Of a DNA stretch of 63,989 nt, positions 1 to 12,465 are shown piece after piece. A program made the translations under genes and the position numbers. Origin of the DNA: Carcharhinus longimanus (taxonomy: Eukaryota); NCBI GenBank assembly GCA_030264375.1, contig JASCQW010000032.1:56405687-56469675 (forward strand), read 5' to 3'. Each line of letters starts with the position of its first letter. Position 1 is the first letter of the stretch. The notes under the pieces were generated by a model. That model was not told where the DNA came from and did not search any database. It worked only from the letters and a program-made list of their open reading frames with translations.

Positions 1-354
1 CCGGACTGACCAAGTTGAAGTTGGAGACAATGTGATGAGGCACAGGTTGTGAGATGGACTGATAAAAGGGCAGATGGCTTTCCATTCGCGCACATGTGCC
101 TGGTGAGCAGACCAAGTGGTTTGTGCACACTTGGTCAGTTGAGAGAGTCTTGACCCTCCATGGAGCATGGAACGTAAGAATCTGTGACCACAAGCAAGAC
201 GACAAAGCAGTGTAGTTGGAGATGGGATAAATCAGGATCAACATCTTCAGGAGCGAATGTAAAGCCACAGACAGGAGGAAGGTAAAGGAGAGAAACGAGG
301 GTCCAGAAGGCAACAAAGGCCACACCTTTAGCATTGATTGTCAAAGAAGATGCC

Positions 355-935
355 TGTTCATGTCAAGGAGACTATGCCTATCTTGGTGGATGGAACCTGA
401 GATTTGTGCTTTCATTGAGGAGGACTTCAAATTACACAGCACTGCTTGCTATGGTCGGTCAATAGCCTTTAAAGTCACTGGCCTTCTTCAACTCTGGCTC
501 TTTCTAAGGATCAGAGCTAGAAGTTTGTGGCATCTTTCAAATGGCAGCACGCTATTGCATCTTGCATGTCACTAATGCTTTATGAAAGCAGGTAATAAAA
601 TACCAAACTGATGGCACATTGCAAGTGCAGGGACAGTACAATTTGCCTCCATCTTGGATTTCTGCAGAAATAGGGTATTACTGATTGTACCCAAGTGGCC
701 ACCAAGGTGCCAAGTGAGCAGCCAGTAAAGTTAATTAACAAGAAAAATTTGCACTCAAACATTCAGCTGGTATATGACCACTGAAGTGCTTTATACATGT
801 TTGCGCTTGCTATCCTGGCTCCAACCTTCATTCTCCTTGGTCCAGACTGCTGCTACTCTTCATGTAATCACCAAAACTTGCAGTTTGCCTCCTTCTTGGA
901 TTTCCTCACATGCAGGGCATCATCAATGAAACAAC
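355..935 (+). pseudogene. Harbinger (HARBI1-like) transposase remnant
   Basis: Frameshifted peptides RRLCLS..EICAFIEED..AFKVT..FFNSGSF*GS...CGI and GFPHMQGII resemble Harbinger motifs (KVT.AL.FFASGSFQ, GFP.VQG.IDCTH). Confidence 0.65.
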
Positions 936-995
936 ACAGTCCATGGGAGGAGGAGGAGGAATATGCAGAGCAAATGATGCCCACATTTTGCAGGG

Positions 996-1260
996 AGAAC
1001 ACAAAGAAGTCAGAGCAGGAGTAGACTATGTGGCCCCTCAAATCTGCACTGCCATTCAATGTGAACGTGGCTGATCTTGGGCTTCAGTTCAATTTTCCTT
1101 GATTCCCTCAAAGACCAAACATTTTTCTATCCCAGCCTGAAATGTATTCAATGATACAGCAACTACAACTCTGTTGGAAAGCATTCTGAGATTTACAACC
1201 CATTTGTGAAGTAATTTCTCATTCAGTTCTAAATCATCCCTTATCCTAAGACTGTGCCCT
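996..1260 (-). mobile_element. CR1 LINE 3' end fragment
   Basis: gaacacaaagaagtcagagcaggagtag matches the tail of the CR1 copy at 30904. Confidence 0.75.
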
Positions 1261-1544
1261 TATAAGTGTTGCTTGAGGCTGTCTTTTGATCCAACAGGAT
1301 CAGGATAGTTTGACCATCTGATCAAGGGATGACTATGAGGTGTCTCAACAGACACTAGCCAATATAGGTAGTGCAGATGGGTATAATTCACATGATAGTG
1401 AGATACAAGGGAGGAAAATTCATGACTATGATCAGCAGATGTTTGACATGAGAAAAACTGCAAGTGACAACTGGACCAAGAGTTCTCTCACAGAGGTGTC
1501 TTTTCTGACCTTTCATTGGAGACCTTAGCATCCCTCTGCCTGGT

Positions 1545-1766
1545 AACGATAGAATTGTCATGACCATGTGACTATAGGCTGCTCTCCTCTTTGAGGGGGA
1601 GAGTTGACTGGTGATGACTTTAACCTGAGGATTACCGCACTTGAGGAGTAGCTTTGAGAAGGTGGGCTTTCATTAATAACCTCAGTCGGTATGATGATTG
1701 AACCCCCACTGTTAGCATCACTGCATCACAAACTAGCCATCTGGCTAACTGAGCTAACCAACTCCC
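1545..1766 (-). mobile_element. tRNA-derived SINE
   Basis: Minus-strand head GGTTAGCTCAGTTAG (A box) ... GGTTCAATC (B box), followed by a non-tRNA body. Confidence 0.65.
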
Positions 1767-3040
1767 TCTATTGGTCTGTGCTATACACCAAAACTACTTG
1801 TCAATACAGGCATTTATGAAACCTTCAGTTTTAAACACCATCTATTTGGTTCTACATCTGGCCAGTGTCAGCTTTTGCATGAGAATATATACACAAGTTA
1901 TTATACATTGAATAGTTTGGCCTTGTTCTGTAGTGAGAAAACTTGGGCAACAGGGAGAAGTACCTTGACGATGCATCACTCCATAGACCTCCAGGTGAAG
2001 CCATATTATGGAGGTCCACAACCTATCCTGCATCCACAGGGTGCTAAGATCCATGTGACTCTCAGTGAGGTTTGCTGCTACTCAATGGAGGATACCATGC
2101 ATTCACATGCAAGAGTTATGGAGCATGGATGAAAGCATCCATTATTTGAATATGGGAATTCACTGTCTCCACTGGAAACTCCAACAGATGAAGCAACAGC
2201 TGATTTGCTGATGGCATCTGAAGCTTCTTGTCTGCTGGGAACTGAGCTTCGCTGGGCCTCTCCTAACTTCTCAGAGGAGAATTGGCCACTGGTATCACTG
2301 ATTTAGTTATCTTCTCCTGCACATCTGTGCAATGCTCACCAGATTGTAGTAGCTGCTCTCCACATGCAACAAGGCCCACCCATGTGAGTTATCTGCGCTG
2401 TTGGAGGGTGTGCTGGAATAGTGACATAAAGCCTTCAGATGGTGTTGAACCTTTAGTAGGAACCCTGGTCTGTCTGTGACATGTTGTACCTTTCAGAGAG
2501 ACACAATTTAAGTGAAACAGCTGCTCTTTCAGTCAAACACTGATGCTTCCCCTTGATCAGGAGCTTCCAGTGGTGTTAAAGGCACACAGGCCACAAATGA
2601 TCTGGGGAATATTGGACGCAACCAGCATTATACTCATTTCCCGTAGCTTCCACACTTATTCTCAGTCACGGGTTGCCATGTGTGACCCTGCTTATTGCTG
2701 TAGCTTCCTTCTCCATTTGTGTTACAAGGCGATAAAGGCATTCTATCTCTCATTCATTAATGTTCCCTGTCTCTCTGAGCATGTTTCTGCTAGCATAGAC
2801 ATAGGTAGTGTCACTCTCTGCCTCATGTTTCATATGTGTTGGTCACCCTGAAGCATCAGACCTGGCATGGTGAGGTATCATTTGCCCATGATTGACCATG
2901 TGATTTGGTTGCGAATGAATTAGGTGCTTCACTGGACCCTGCCTCCTGTTGCCATTGCATGGGACTATCACCTAGCTTCACATTTCGTGAATGCTACCTT
3001 ATTCATGTTAGGCTTCAAGTTTGCAACTAACACTGCTCAC

Positions 3041-3259
3041 CTTTCCAAACTGCATTAGATTATTAAATCTCTTTCTGCATTGGATTAAGGTTCTTGCAAC
3101 AGCCCCTTAGCTGCTTATGATACCTGCCACCTCCAGCCTTGCTTTCTTGATGAGGTTTGCTGGACTCTTCCTCTTGCCTGGCAAACACAGGATCTCATTT
3201 TTCACCTCCGGGAAGGTATCACTGAACTGTAGAGGGATCCTTCCTCATCGTGACAACAT
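3041..3259 (-). pseudogene. Harbinger Myb/SANT-like (trihelix) gene, first exon remnant
   Basis: MLSR*GRIPLQFSDTFPEVKNEILCLPGKRKSPANLIKKARLEVAGIISS*GAVARTLIQCRKRFNNLMQFGK then |gtgag donor; two stop codons. Confidence 0.75.
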
Positions 3260-3714
3260 TGCTCTACTGTTGACCCCACTTCTTCACATGCTACCGATCC
3301 TGCCTCCGGCCCACACACTCTGTTGCTTTGCATTTTTACCTGACATCAGATTGTCTGCCCAATTGGTAAAATTCAGGCCTAAAATTCATATAGTAATGAC
3401 TGAATATCCAGGCACGATGCTATCCACCTGGTCGCAGCTGAGATGTGCTATAAAGAAACATTTAACTTTCAGTGTCCTGGTTCAGATTCTCCCATCCCTT
3501 GAAACTCTCCTTGTTGCTATTTGCCTCATTCTGAGTAATTGTTCCCATGGTACAGGCTGGCAGCCACTTGATACTCAAGGAGCTGTTCCCACCTGGTAGC
3601 CAGTAGCTAACACATATCTGTTTTGATCAAGCAGATGATCAGCTATATGCAAGTAAAGTCTGACAGCCAGTAACTACCTTGGCTTCCTTGACAAAATTGA
3701 AGCACTGTGTTGCT

Positions 3715-4057
3715 GCACACACAGGAAACAGGAGTAGGACATTTGACCCTTTGAGCCTGCTCCACCATTTTTTTAGGTTATGGCTAATCAACTACCTGAA
3801 AACCACTTTCCTGTGCTACCTCCCCATATCCCTTGATGTGATTACTATCCAGAAATGTATTGATTTCAGGCTTGAACGTGCTCAATGATTGAGTTTCCAC
3901 AGCATTCTGGGGTAGAGAATTCCAACGATTCACCCTTTGAGTGAAGAAATTCCTCTTCATCTAAGTCTTAAATAGACTTTCTCTTATTCTGAGACTGTGC
4001 CCCTTGATTCTAGGTTCACCAGTTAGGTGTAACATCCTATCTCTATCTACCTTATCA
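3715..4057 (-). mobile_element. CR1 LINE 3' end fragment
   Basis: aggaaacaggagtagg...gagaattccaacgattcacc...gaagaaattcctc, similar to other CR1 tails in the window. Confidence 0.8.
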
Positions 4058-4061
4058 CTAG

Positions 4062-4315
4062 TATAATGACTTCAGTAAGGCCATTGAGGTTGGCCTCTTA
4101 GAATATGAACTCCCTGGTTGAGTTCTTTATTGCTTTTCCAGTCAGGGAGTCTTTGTTCTATACATAACTGGAAGTGTCAGGTCTCCTGGCACTCCGAATG
4201 CTGACTTAGATGCTATGCTGACTAACACGCTATGAACTTAAATAGAGCTTGTAAATAAAAAGGAATCTGGTGAAGGGATACCGGCCTCTGCTGACTTATT
4301 CCACTGGAGATGAGG
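4062..4315 (+). repeat. Putative 5' LTR and primer-binding site
   Basis: About 240 bp ending ..TTATTCCA (4303), with AATAAA at 4254. It is followed by TGGAGATGAGG (4305), a decayed match to the tRNA-Ser-type PBS TGGCGACGAGG. Confidence 0.6.
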
Positions 4316-6716
4316 GGGAAAAAAAACGAACTGAGGGAAGGTACTCACCAATAGGCGTGACGCATTGGGGATAAGCCATTGTCAGGTATCATGCCTCTGT
4401 TTGGGAAACTGGATTCTTTTGACCCTGCTGTGGAGGACTGGGCCCAATATGTAGAACAAATGCATTCTTTTAACGCTAATGACATAGTGTCAGATGAAAT
4501 GCAATGGGTTATTTTTCTGACTGCATGTGGACCATCAGCTTTTGCCATTATGCATAGCTTAGCTTTCCCGGAGGCCCCAAATACAAAAACCTTCCAAGAA
4601 TTGGCAGACTTAGTGAAAGAATGACCCTCAGCCACTTCTGATCCTGAGAAGGCTTTACTCGGCAATCTGAAAAACGGGGGAGTCTGTCACGAGTTTCTTA
4701 ACAAGGTTGTGACATCTGGAATGCTTGCAAACTCAGGTTGATATAAATGAGATGTTAAGAAATTGGCTGGATAAATAATGTGACTATCCAAAAATGCCTG
4801 TGGGTAAAGTCCCACATGGACTGTCTTTGTCATTGGAAAAGGCGGCAAGAGGGGCATATGAGTTACAAGGGTTCCCAATGGAAATGGACACACACTAGCG
4901 CAACTAAATTAGGGGACCACCACTTGGGGGCAGGAAATGATATAGCTGCCCTCAGGAAGGATTCAAAAAGTAGTAAACCCAGATGTGCTGGAGGACTGCC
5001 TGAAAACAAGGCCAAATTTGAACCAGACAGACAACAGTCCCTGCAGAATCTTGCCCAGTAAGATATTGTAACATAGACATAGCAATGAACAAATCGGAAC
5101 ATATCAAAATAACCTTAAGACTAAATGGACAACCAGTATTAATGGAGGTTGACACAGGCACAGCCGTACCTGTGGTCGGGGAAGCAGTGTTCAGCAAAAT
5201 CCGCACTGGGCTCCAACCCTTATGCTTAATAAAGACCTAGGCAAGACTGAAGATTTTTCACAGGGGAACCACTGAAAGTTGTGAGTACAACCTTTGTTCC
5301 TGTTTCTTACGAAAAGCAACTAGTTAGACTACTGTTAATGATATCAGAGGGGTTGGGATCAAGCTTAATGGGGTGAAACTAGCTCAGAGAGATCCAACTG
5401 GATGGGTGAACATTTTCCAATTGGGGAATGGGCATTTGAGTGAAGTCCTGTTAAAATACCCAGAGGTTTTCCAAGAAGGGTTAGGAACAATAAAAGGATC
5501 AAAGCGATGTTACATATCGATCCAGATGTAGTTCCATGACTTTGCAAGGCTTGCTTGGTTCCATTTGCTTTAAGAGAGAAAGTGGAAACAGAAATTAAAA
5601 GATTGAAATGAGAAGGTATAATGAAACCTGTCCAGTTTGCGGAACGGGCAGCACTGTGGTGCCTATTATGAAGCCAAATGGTTTAGTCTGTCTTTGAATG
5701 GACTTCAAGCAAACAATAAACTGCCATTCACAACTGGACAAATACCTGATTCCTGGATAGAAGATTTATGTGCAAAGCTAACAGGGGTACTACTCTTTTC
5801 AAAATTAGTTATGAATTATGTTTACTTGCAATTGCAGCTGGATGAGGATTTGCAGAAATAGGTCACGATCAATACACTATAAAGGGCTTCCATCAATGCA
5901 CAAGGTTATCTTTTGGGGTATCGTCCGCCTACGCGATTTTCCAGAGAACAATGGAAAACATATTCCAAGGTTTATCTCAGATAGCCACTTATCTGGATGA
6001 TGTGCTCATTCCGGATAAAACAAGGGCAGAACTCTGACAGAACCTGGATGAAGGCCTTAGACAGTTGTCACCAGCCGGTGTACGCTTAAGGAGTGAGAAG
6101 TGTGTTTTCTTAATACATCAGGTGACCTATCTGGGTCACAAAGTAGACAAAACAGGTTTACATCTTTGGAGGACTGCATATATGGATTAAAGATGCCCCG
6201 GCCCCAACCTCAATCCAGGAGTTATGATCAGTTTTAGGACTGGTGATGTACTACGGGATGTTCATACAAAACCAGCCTCCATCTTGACTCACCTACATTA
6301 ACTGTTAAAAAAGGGTCAATCTTGGGAATGGTATGTCCATCATGACCTTGCTTTTAAGAAAATAAACTAACAGCTATTGTCGGCAAATGCCTTAGCACAT
6401 TACAATCTCTTCTATTTTGGGCACCATCAACATTGAGGTGTCTGCAAAAGGTAGCCTACTCAAGGCATTTGTTAACCCAACTTTCCAGCCGCTGCTCCAG
6501 CTGATAACTGTCTGGTGTCAATAGCAATACTCATCACTGGATTTGAGCTGATGCTATCGGTGGCACCACTTTGTCCTCTTTCAAAAGTCCCAACAGCAGC
6601 TTGAGATTGATGACTATCGCAAATTTACACCCAGATAGATGAAATTTCTTCACTCTAAGTATTACTGCCAGACCTTCTTTTTCAATGTGGGTGTACTGTC
6701 TTTCTACTGTCACCAA

Positions 6717-7179
6717 GGTTGTATCACAGCTTGGTATGGCTCCTGCTCTGCCCAAGACCACAAGGAACTACGAAAGGTTGTGAATGTAGCCCAATCCATC
6801 ATGCAAACCAGCCTTCTGTCCATTGACTGTGCCTACACTTCCTGCTGCCACGGCAAAGCAGCTGCATAATTAAGGATCCCACGCACCCCAGACATTCTCT
6901 CTTCCACCTTCTCCCATTGGCAAAAAGATACAAAAGTCTGAGGTCATGTACCAATTAGTTCAAGAACAGCTTCTTCCCTGTTGCTGTCAGACTTTTAAAT
7001 GGACTTACCTTGCACTATGTTGATCTTTCTCTACACCCTAGTTAACTGTAACACTACATTCTGCAGTCTCTTCTTTCCTTCTCTATGAACAGCATGCTTT
7101 GTCTGTATAGCGTGCAAGGAATAATACTTTTCACTGTATGCTAATACATGTGACAATAATTAATCAAATCAAATCAAAT
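6717..7179 (+). mobile_element. Rex1/Babar LINE, 5'-truncated
   Basis: GCITAWYGSCSAQDHKELRKVVNVAQSI (Rex1-type RT C-terminus) and (TCAAA)n tail at about 7164-7179. Confidence 0.85.
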
Positions 7180-7491
7180 ATCCTTCCTGTGGCCACACAA
7201 GATATATGTCTCTGGACACACAAGGACCTGGTACTTGTAAAAGTGAAACACTTGGTACAGCCAGAGAAATAAAAAGTCCAATGCAACCTCAATTCCACCC
7301 ATACTGAAGTAGAAGAGAACAGCTCACAGTAGAAGATGAATACTGCTACAGGGTAGCATGAATGGTGATCCCAGGCCAAGGCTGCTGTGCCATACTGGCT
7401 GAATAGCATCACAGCACCCAGGATTGTCCCAAGCTGAAGATGGTGCCCTTACTTGGTCTGAACTACATGGTTGATGGTCAGATGATGTAAC

Positions 7492-7718
7492 AAGTCACTC
7501 AGCTGTATCAAACTGCTATAAGCAAATCAATAAAGAATGAACCAGGTGGACCATCCAGCATTGACTAAGCACTGGAAACAACAATGGTAAAGTCCACCCT
7601 GTTGGCACAGCAAAGTTGTCCTTACTAACATCTCAGACCTTAATTGTGCCAAAATTGGGAGAGCTGTCTCACAAACCAATCAAGCAACAATCTGACATTG
7701 TCATATTCACTTCAGAAA
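7492..7718 (+). mobile_element. CR1-clade LINE fragment, start of APE endonuclease
   Basis: VPKLGELSHKPIKQQSDIVIFT resembles the APE N-terminal D(I/V)xxxxE motif. Confidence 0.6.
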
Positions 7719-8363
7719 CCTCTTTACTACCTTTTCCAGTCCCACTATTTGCTGATATTAATAATGATTATCTTTGCTCAGATGCTTCTGTTTATCAATA
7801 TCATCTGTCATTAACCACTTCCTCAAAAATTGTATCTTTGATCTATCTGTCCTGTCCAACTACAGGCTTCTATCCTTTCTCTCCCTTTTAATCTTCATTT
7901 TCTTGCTAATGAAATATCTAAGCATTTACTCTTGTTTTTAAAGGTGGTGGGAATTGTACCTGTTAACCAGGATTGCACCTCCCCCGGTGAAGTGTACTGG
8001 ATAGGATGGAATGTCACTTTGCTGCTATGAATGCCGATAAAAATCTGAAAATTGGTAGCTGGGTGATACAAGCTGGCTGTTGTGACATATTGTTGTAGAG
8101 AGATGTTCCGATCTAAACTTAATTTTCTGCAATCGTGAATCTGATAGGAATAGTTGTTTGTAGTACAGAACTTGAGTATGTTGGTGCAGAACATTCTTGG
8201 TGAGGTCTGGGAATTTGGACAGCATTTGTCCTCTTTGTGAGTGTGAAGAACAATCAAATGAAAGAACATGAACACATAAAAAGGGCAAGTGGAGGAACTA
8301 TAATTTAGAGAAGATTAGTAGTGAAAGAACAATTCAATATACTTTCATCTTTTTATTTTGCAG

Positions 8364-8493
8364 GCTCTAATAAACTATTACTGTGAAAAGAAATATTTCA
8401 ATCATATCCAGATTGCAGCAGATGAGGGTCTCAAAAAATATGGCAATGATGCTGTGTTCCTATTTTTTCGTGCATATGGGATCCTTATGGAAG
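8364..8493 (+). CDS. TTC21B: TTC21B exon 2 (130 nt)
   Basis: tttgcag|GCT...GAAG|gtaatt; [43 protein letters not shown]. Confidence 0.95.
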
Positions 8494-8596
8494 GTAATTA
8501 AATGTAAAGAAAATGCTCAATCTATTTTCATGACATTCAAGCGTCAACCTGTAATGTATTTCATAATTCAAACATGTCTTTCTTTTGCACATGCAG

Positions 8597-8707
8597 ATCG
8601 AATTCAAGAAGCTATGCGTGAACTTGAGGCTGTTAGAGAAAAGCAGGATGTGTCGCTCTGTTCTATAATGGCTCTAATCTATGCTCATAAAAAAAGTTTA
8701 GCTCCAG
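8597..8707 (+). CDS. TTC21B: TTC21B exon 3 (111 nt)
   Basis: atgcag|AT...CCAG|gtgagt; (D)[36 protein letters not shown]. Confidence 0.95.
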
Positions 8708-8825
8708 GTGAGTGAATACACAGTATACATTGTCTGGCAGTGAAGAAATTACACCATTTGTTCTAAGTAAAAAAAAACATAAAAGATGAAATAGGACTGC
8801 AGTACAAATATGTTTAATTTAGTTT

Positions 8826-9183
8826 GGGGGAAGACGATAGCAGAATGGTAATGTCACTGGACTAATAATACAGACTAATACTCTTACTTATGGGTTCAAA
8901 TCCCACCATAGCAGCTGGTGGAATTTAAATTTGATAAATTTTGTAACTGAAAGCTAGTCTCAGTAATGGTGACCACGAAACACTTATGTCCTTTAGAAAA
9001 GACAATCTGTCATCTTTACCTGGTCTGGCTTACATATGACTCCAAACCCACAGCTGTGTGGTTGACTCTTAACTTCCCTCTGAACTGGCCTAGCGCAACA
9101 TTCAGTTCAAGGCCAATTAGGGATGGGCAATAAATGCTAGCCTTGCCAGTGATGCCCTCATCCCATAAAAGAATGAGAAAAAT
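8826..9183 (+). mobile_element. tRNA-derived SINE with GGGCAATAAATGCTGGCC tail
   Basis: GGTTCAAATCC B box; similar copies at 31794 and 42695, tail only at about 36215, remnant at about 63690. Confidence 0.85.
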
Positions 9184-9691
9184 ATCTATAATATCCTACA
9201 GCCTATCCATGTCTGATATCTGATTTCTATTTGTTAGTTTGCTTACATCTCTTTGAAACTCTGGAGTCTATGTTTTCGTTTTATGACAATAATCGCTTTC
9301 TGTCACCTTTATGATAAATATGCATCGACAACATCTTTGAGTAAACATTGAAGCTACATGTTAATATAGCAGAATAATCAGAATGGGAACCCTGACTGAA
9401 TTCTCCTTTATAATACAGATATTGTAGACAGTTATAGTCCCATGATTGCTGCTACAGCTATCTCAGTGCAAACTCAGCGCAAACTTTTCTCAACCACTGG
9501 GGCAGCAAAACTTGACATGTAAATAAAATGTTGTTTGAGTCGGCAGTATTTTTAGTTGTATGATTCAAACAATATTTTCATTCAATAAAAGCGCCATAAA
9601 ATATTAACTAATTAGGTCGAATGGTAAGCACTAAAATACTCTGTTTAGTTACTGAAATACTCAAGTAGTTTATCTTTTGCCTTGATAAAAG

Positions 9692-9858
9692 ATCGTGATG
9701 CCATTCAAGAACTTGATAGCAAACTAAAAGAGGACCGGAAAACTGCAGGACAGATGGCGTTGTATTTTGCGGCTCTCTTCCTTTGGCATATTGGACGGCA
9801 TGAAAAAGCTCGTGAATATGTTGATAGAATGATTAAACTTTCTAATGGAGCAAGAAAG
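9692..9858 (+). CDS. TTC21B: TTC21B exon 4 (167 nt)
   Basis: taaaag|AT...AAG|gttagt; (D)[55 protein letters not shown]. Confidence 0.95.
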
Positions 9859-11074
9859 GTTAGTATATTCTTTATAGATAACTGTGCAACGAAACTGATA
9901 TTATCACTGAAGGGAGAATTGGCACAAATGGATGTCCCATATTGCCACTAACTGGGAATTTTAAAGAATGTAAAATGATAACAAAGAATGACAGAGCTAC
10001 ACCAATGAATATGAAGATATCTACTTTTGAAATATGGGTTTATGAAAATTTAGAAAACATAATTGCACTTTTAGTTGTACATGATTTCTCTCACATGATG
10101 TGAATTTGTCATTGTCAAGTTACCCTTTCAAAATTGAAAATTAAATACGTTCCAGTGTATATAGATACCAGGCAGGATGTTTCCTGTGGGACACCTTCAG
10201 GACCTGCCATCAGACTGAAATAAGAGTCAAAATCCTACACTCTGTGGAGAACTGTCACCTGGCTGTGCTTTTCTTCGAATTGGTGGAATAATGGCCAGAA
10301 TGTGGACTTGCCGTTCACATAAGCAACTTGATTCTATGGGTTGGGAGGGTGGAGGTAGTAGTGAAGGGTGGTGCTTTCAAAGCTGGAATGCCAGTAGGAG
10401 TCTCTCCAACACTGAAAAAACAGCAAGCTTTTTGGGTAAGAGGGAAAAAGAGGCTGCCAGGTTGGAGCTTTTTAAAGTCTTAAATAATATCTTTAGTTGT
10501 GGAGGGTAATCCTGTCCACACAACAGTCAGCAACTGCAGCTGAAGCTTGACAGATGGAAGGCGGCCTCTACACCTGTTTGTACTGTTGCCACAGTCTGCT
10601 ACTCCTCCCCACTGCCAAGAGTCTGCCTTCAGGCACTTACACTGTTCCCCAACTCAGAAATTCCAGTTGGTCTTTGATAATAGGCCTTCAATGAATCAAT
10701 TTCACCGCCACAACAAAAACTTAAGTGATATTCAGTGATTTGTAACCTGTCATATTTGTGTTACAGCTTTACTAATTCCTGATGGCAAGATTTTTATCCA
10801 TTGATAACAAGATTTCAGTTAAAAACTCAAAAGCATTTGAAGTATTTTAAACGGTATTTGCTTTAAGTTATATTTAGTGCTCTGGTTAAGCCATGTTTGA
10901 TCCAAGAATCAAATTTCAGTGTAAAGTACACCAAGCTACTTCCTTTCTAAAGTAGAGTACATTTTGCTATTAAAACATAAAATATTTCCCAATTATTTGG
11001 TCTGTAATATTTACCAAACTGAATAGGATTAAACTGCCAAATGCCATCGATAGCCAGTAATGTTCTTAANNNNN

Positions 11075-11211
11075 CTAGTCACATCCTCATAGAAATCCAA
11101 TAAATTCGTCAAACACGACTTCCCCTTAACAAATCTGTGCTGCGTCTGCTCTATCAAACCATTCTTTTCTAGGTGCCTCGTTATTTCTTCTTTGATGATG
11201 GATTCAAGCAT
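11075..11211 (-). mobile_element. CR1 RT internal fragment next to an N gap
   Basis: LESIIKEEITRHLEKNGLIEQTQHRFVKGKSCLTNLLDFYEDVT. Confidence 0.85.
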
Positions 11212-11404
11212 TGCTCGTGAGATTCCCAGGATTCAGCTACACAGAACCATTCTGTGGTAGAAATTGTCTCTTGCTATTAACGATCATTTTTCTTTTAAAC
11301 GAACAATATATGTGTTGTTCACAGTGATTCAGAAGCTGTGCTGGAGGTCTCAACTTAACTTTAACTAAAATTAGCTGTTTAAGTAAACCAATCATCAGCC
11401 ATTA

Positions 11405-11590
11405 CAAAAGCAAAGCACTGCACATACTGGAAATCTGAAATAAAAACAGAATGTGACAGATCAGGCCTGGCAGCATTTACAGTGAGGGAAACAAAGTTAC
11501 TAGTTCAGATTGATAACCTATCGTCAAAGTTCTGACAAAAGGTTGGTGACCTAAAATGCTCATTGTTAATTGGTCTGCTGAGCACTTATT
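11405..11590. mobile_element. Penelope-like terminal repeat, decayed fold-back
   Basis: ctggaaatctgaaataaaaacagaa...ctggcagcat motif shared with GIY-YIG-bearing copies; orientation flips near 11530. Confidence 0.6.
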
Positions 11591-11817
11591 ATCTTATCTC
11601 AGTAGCTAACTACTGCCACTTTATTTATTCTTTAAACATAGTACCTAACAATAATTTGTGTTCAGTTGAAGGTGCCAGAATGTTTGCACACCAGTCAACA
11701 AGGAGACTAAACCGATGCCTGTGAATTTTACCTAATTTTCTACAGGTAATCAAAATATGTAGTGATTTTCTATCCATGGTATTTATCAGTGTAAAAATTA
11801 GTGTACTCTCATTCCAG

Positions 11818-11940
11818 GGCCTGATTTTGAAAGGATGGATCGAGCTAACCAGTGGGAGAGATGCATATGCAAAAAAGGCCGTCAAATATTTTGATGAAGG
11901 AATCCAAGATGGAAATGATGTATTTGCTATGATGGGGAAG
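11818..11940 (+). CDS. TTC21B: TTC21B exon 5 (123 nt)
   Basis: ttccag|GGC...AAG|gtgagt; GLILKGWIELTSGRDAYAKKAVKYFDEGIQDGNDVFAMMGK. Confidence 0.95.
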
Positions 11941-12124
11941 GTGAGTTTAACTTTTTTTTTAAAACCTACAAAAATAAAAGGGATGAAATTGGTCTTCCTG
12001 GTTGCATGATAAAATAAATGCTGCAGACCAATTTCGCATCAAAATTATTTAAGAACAGTTTGAATATTTTCTTTTCATGTAATATTGCCATTATTGGTAG
12101 TAAGCAATCTACTTTAGAAGATAA

Positions 12125-12353
12125 AGGTGCAGCAGGTGGTCAGGAAGGCGAATGGGATGCTGGCCTTCATAGCGAGGGGGATTGAATATAAAAGTAGGGN
12201 NNNNNNNNNNNNNNNNNNNNNNNNNNNNNNNNNNNNNNNNNNNNNNNNNNNNNNNNNNNNNNNNNNNNNNNNNNNNNNNNNNNNNNNNNNNNNNNNNNNT
12301 GAAGGGCTAGATGGCCTACTCCTGCTCCTATTTCTTATGTTCTTATGTTCTTA
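12125..12353 (+). mobile_element. CR1 LINE 3' part spanning a gap
   Basis: QQVVRKANGMLAFIARGIEYKSR and (TTATGTTC)n tail. Confidence 0.9.
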
Positions 12354-12465
12354 TAATGGGTCAGTTGAATTAACTCCTTGAGTTGTAAATACTGTCTGTT
12401 CTCCCTTACCCCAACTCTATTCTTCCCTCCTCCCACACCCAACAAATGTAAAAAGTAATGAACTA

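Larger units (their letters stand above)
1..3379. mobile_element. Decayed PIF/Harbinger DNA transposon (left end unresolved), interrupted by CR1 and SINE
   Basis: Transposase remnants on +, Myb/SANT remnant on -, right terminus GGTAAAATTCAGGCC (3365-3379) followed by TAA. Confidence 0.7.
4062..7490 (+). mobile_element. Decayed Ty3/Gypsy (Mag-like) LTR retrotransposon, 3' truncated and internally rearranged
   Basis: Gag MPLFGKLDSFDPAVEDWAQYVE (4391); protease LMEVDTGTA (about 5140); RT FQRTMENIFQGL..YLDDVLI (5990); RNase H IEKEGLA and NALSRLP on - strand; integrase zinc-finger HPG region at about 7180-7490. Confidence 0.9.

Noticed and set aside
3117-3599. 160-aa + strand ORF as a novel gene
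   Set aside because: It is the antisense shadow of the Myb/SANT remnant and the transposon end, with no recognisable domain.
1-8363. TTC21B exon 1 and promoter
   Set aside because: The region is almost all transposon remnants, with no CpG island or convincing short ATG exon; exon 1 is probably upstream.
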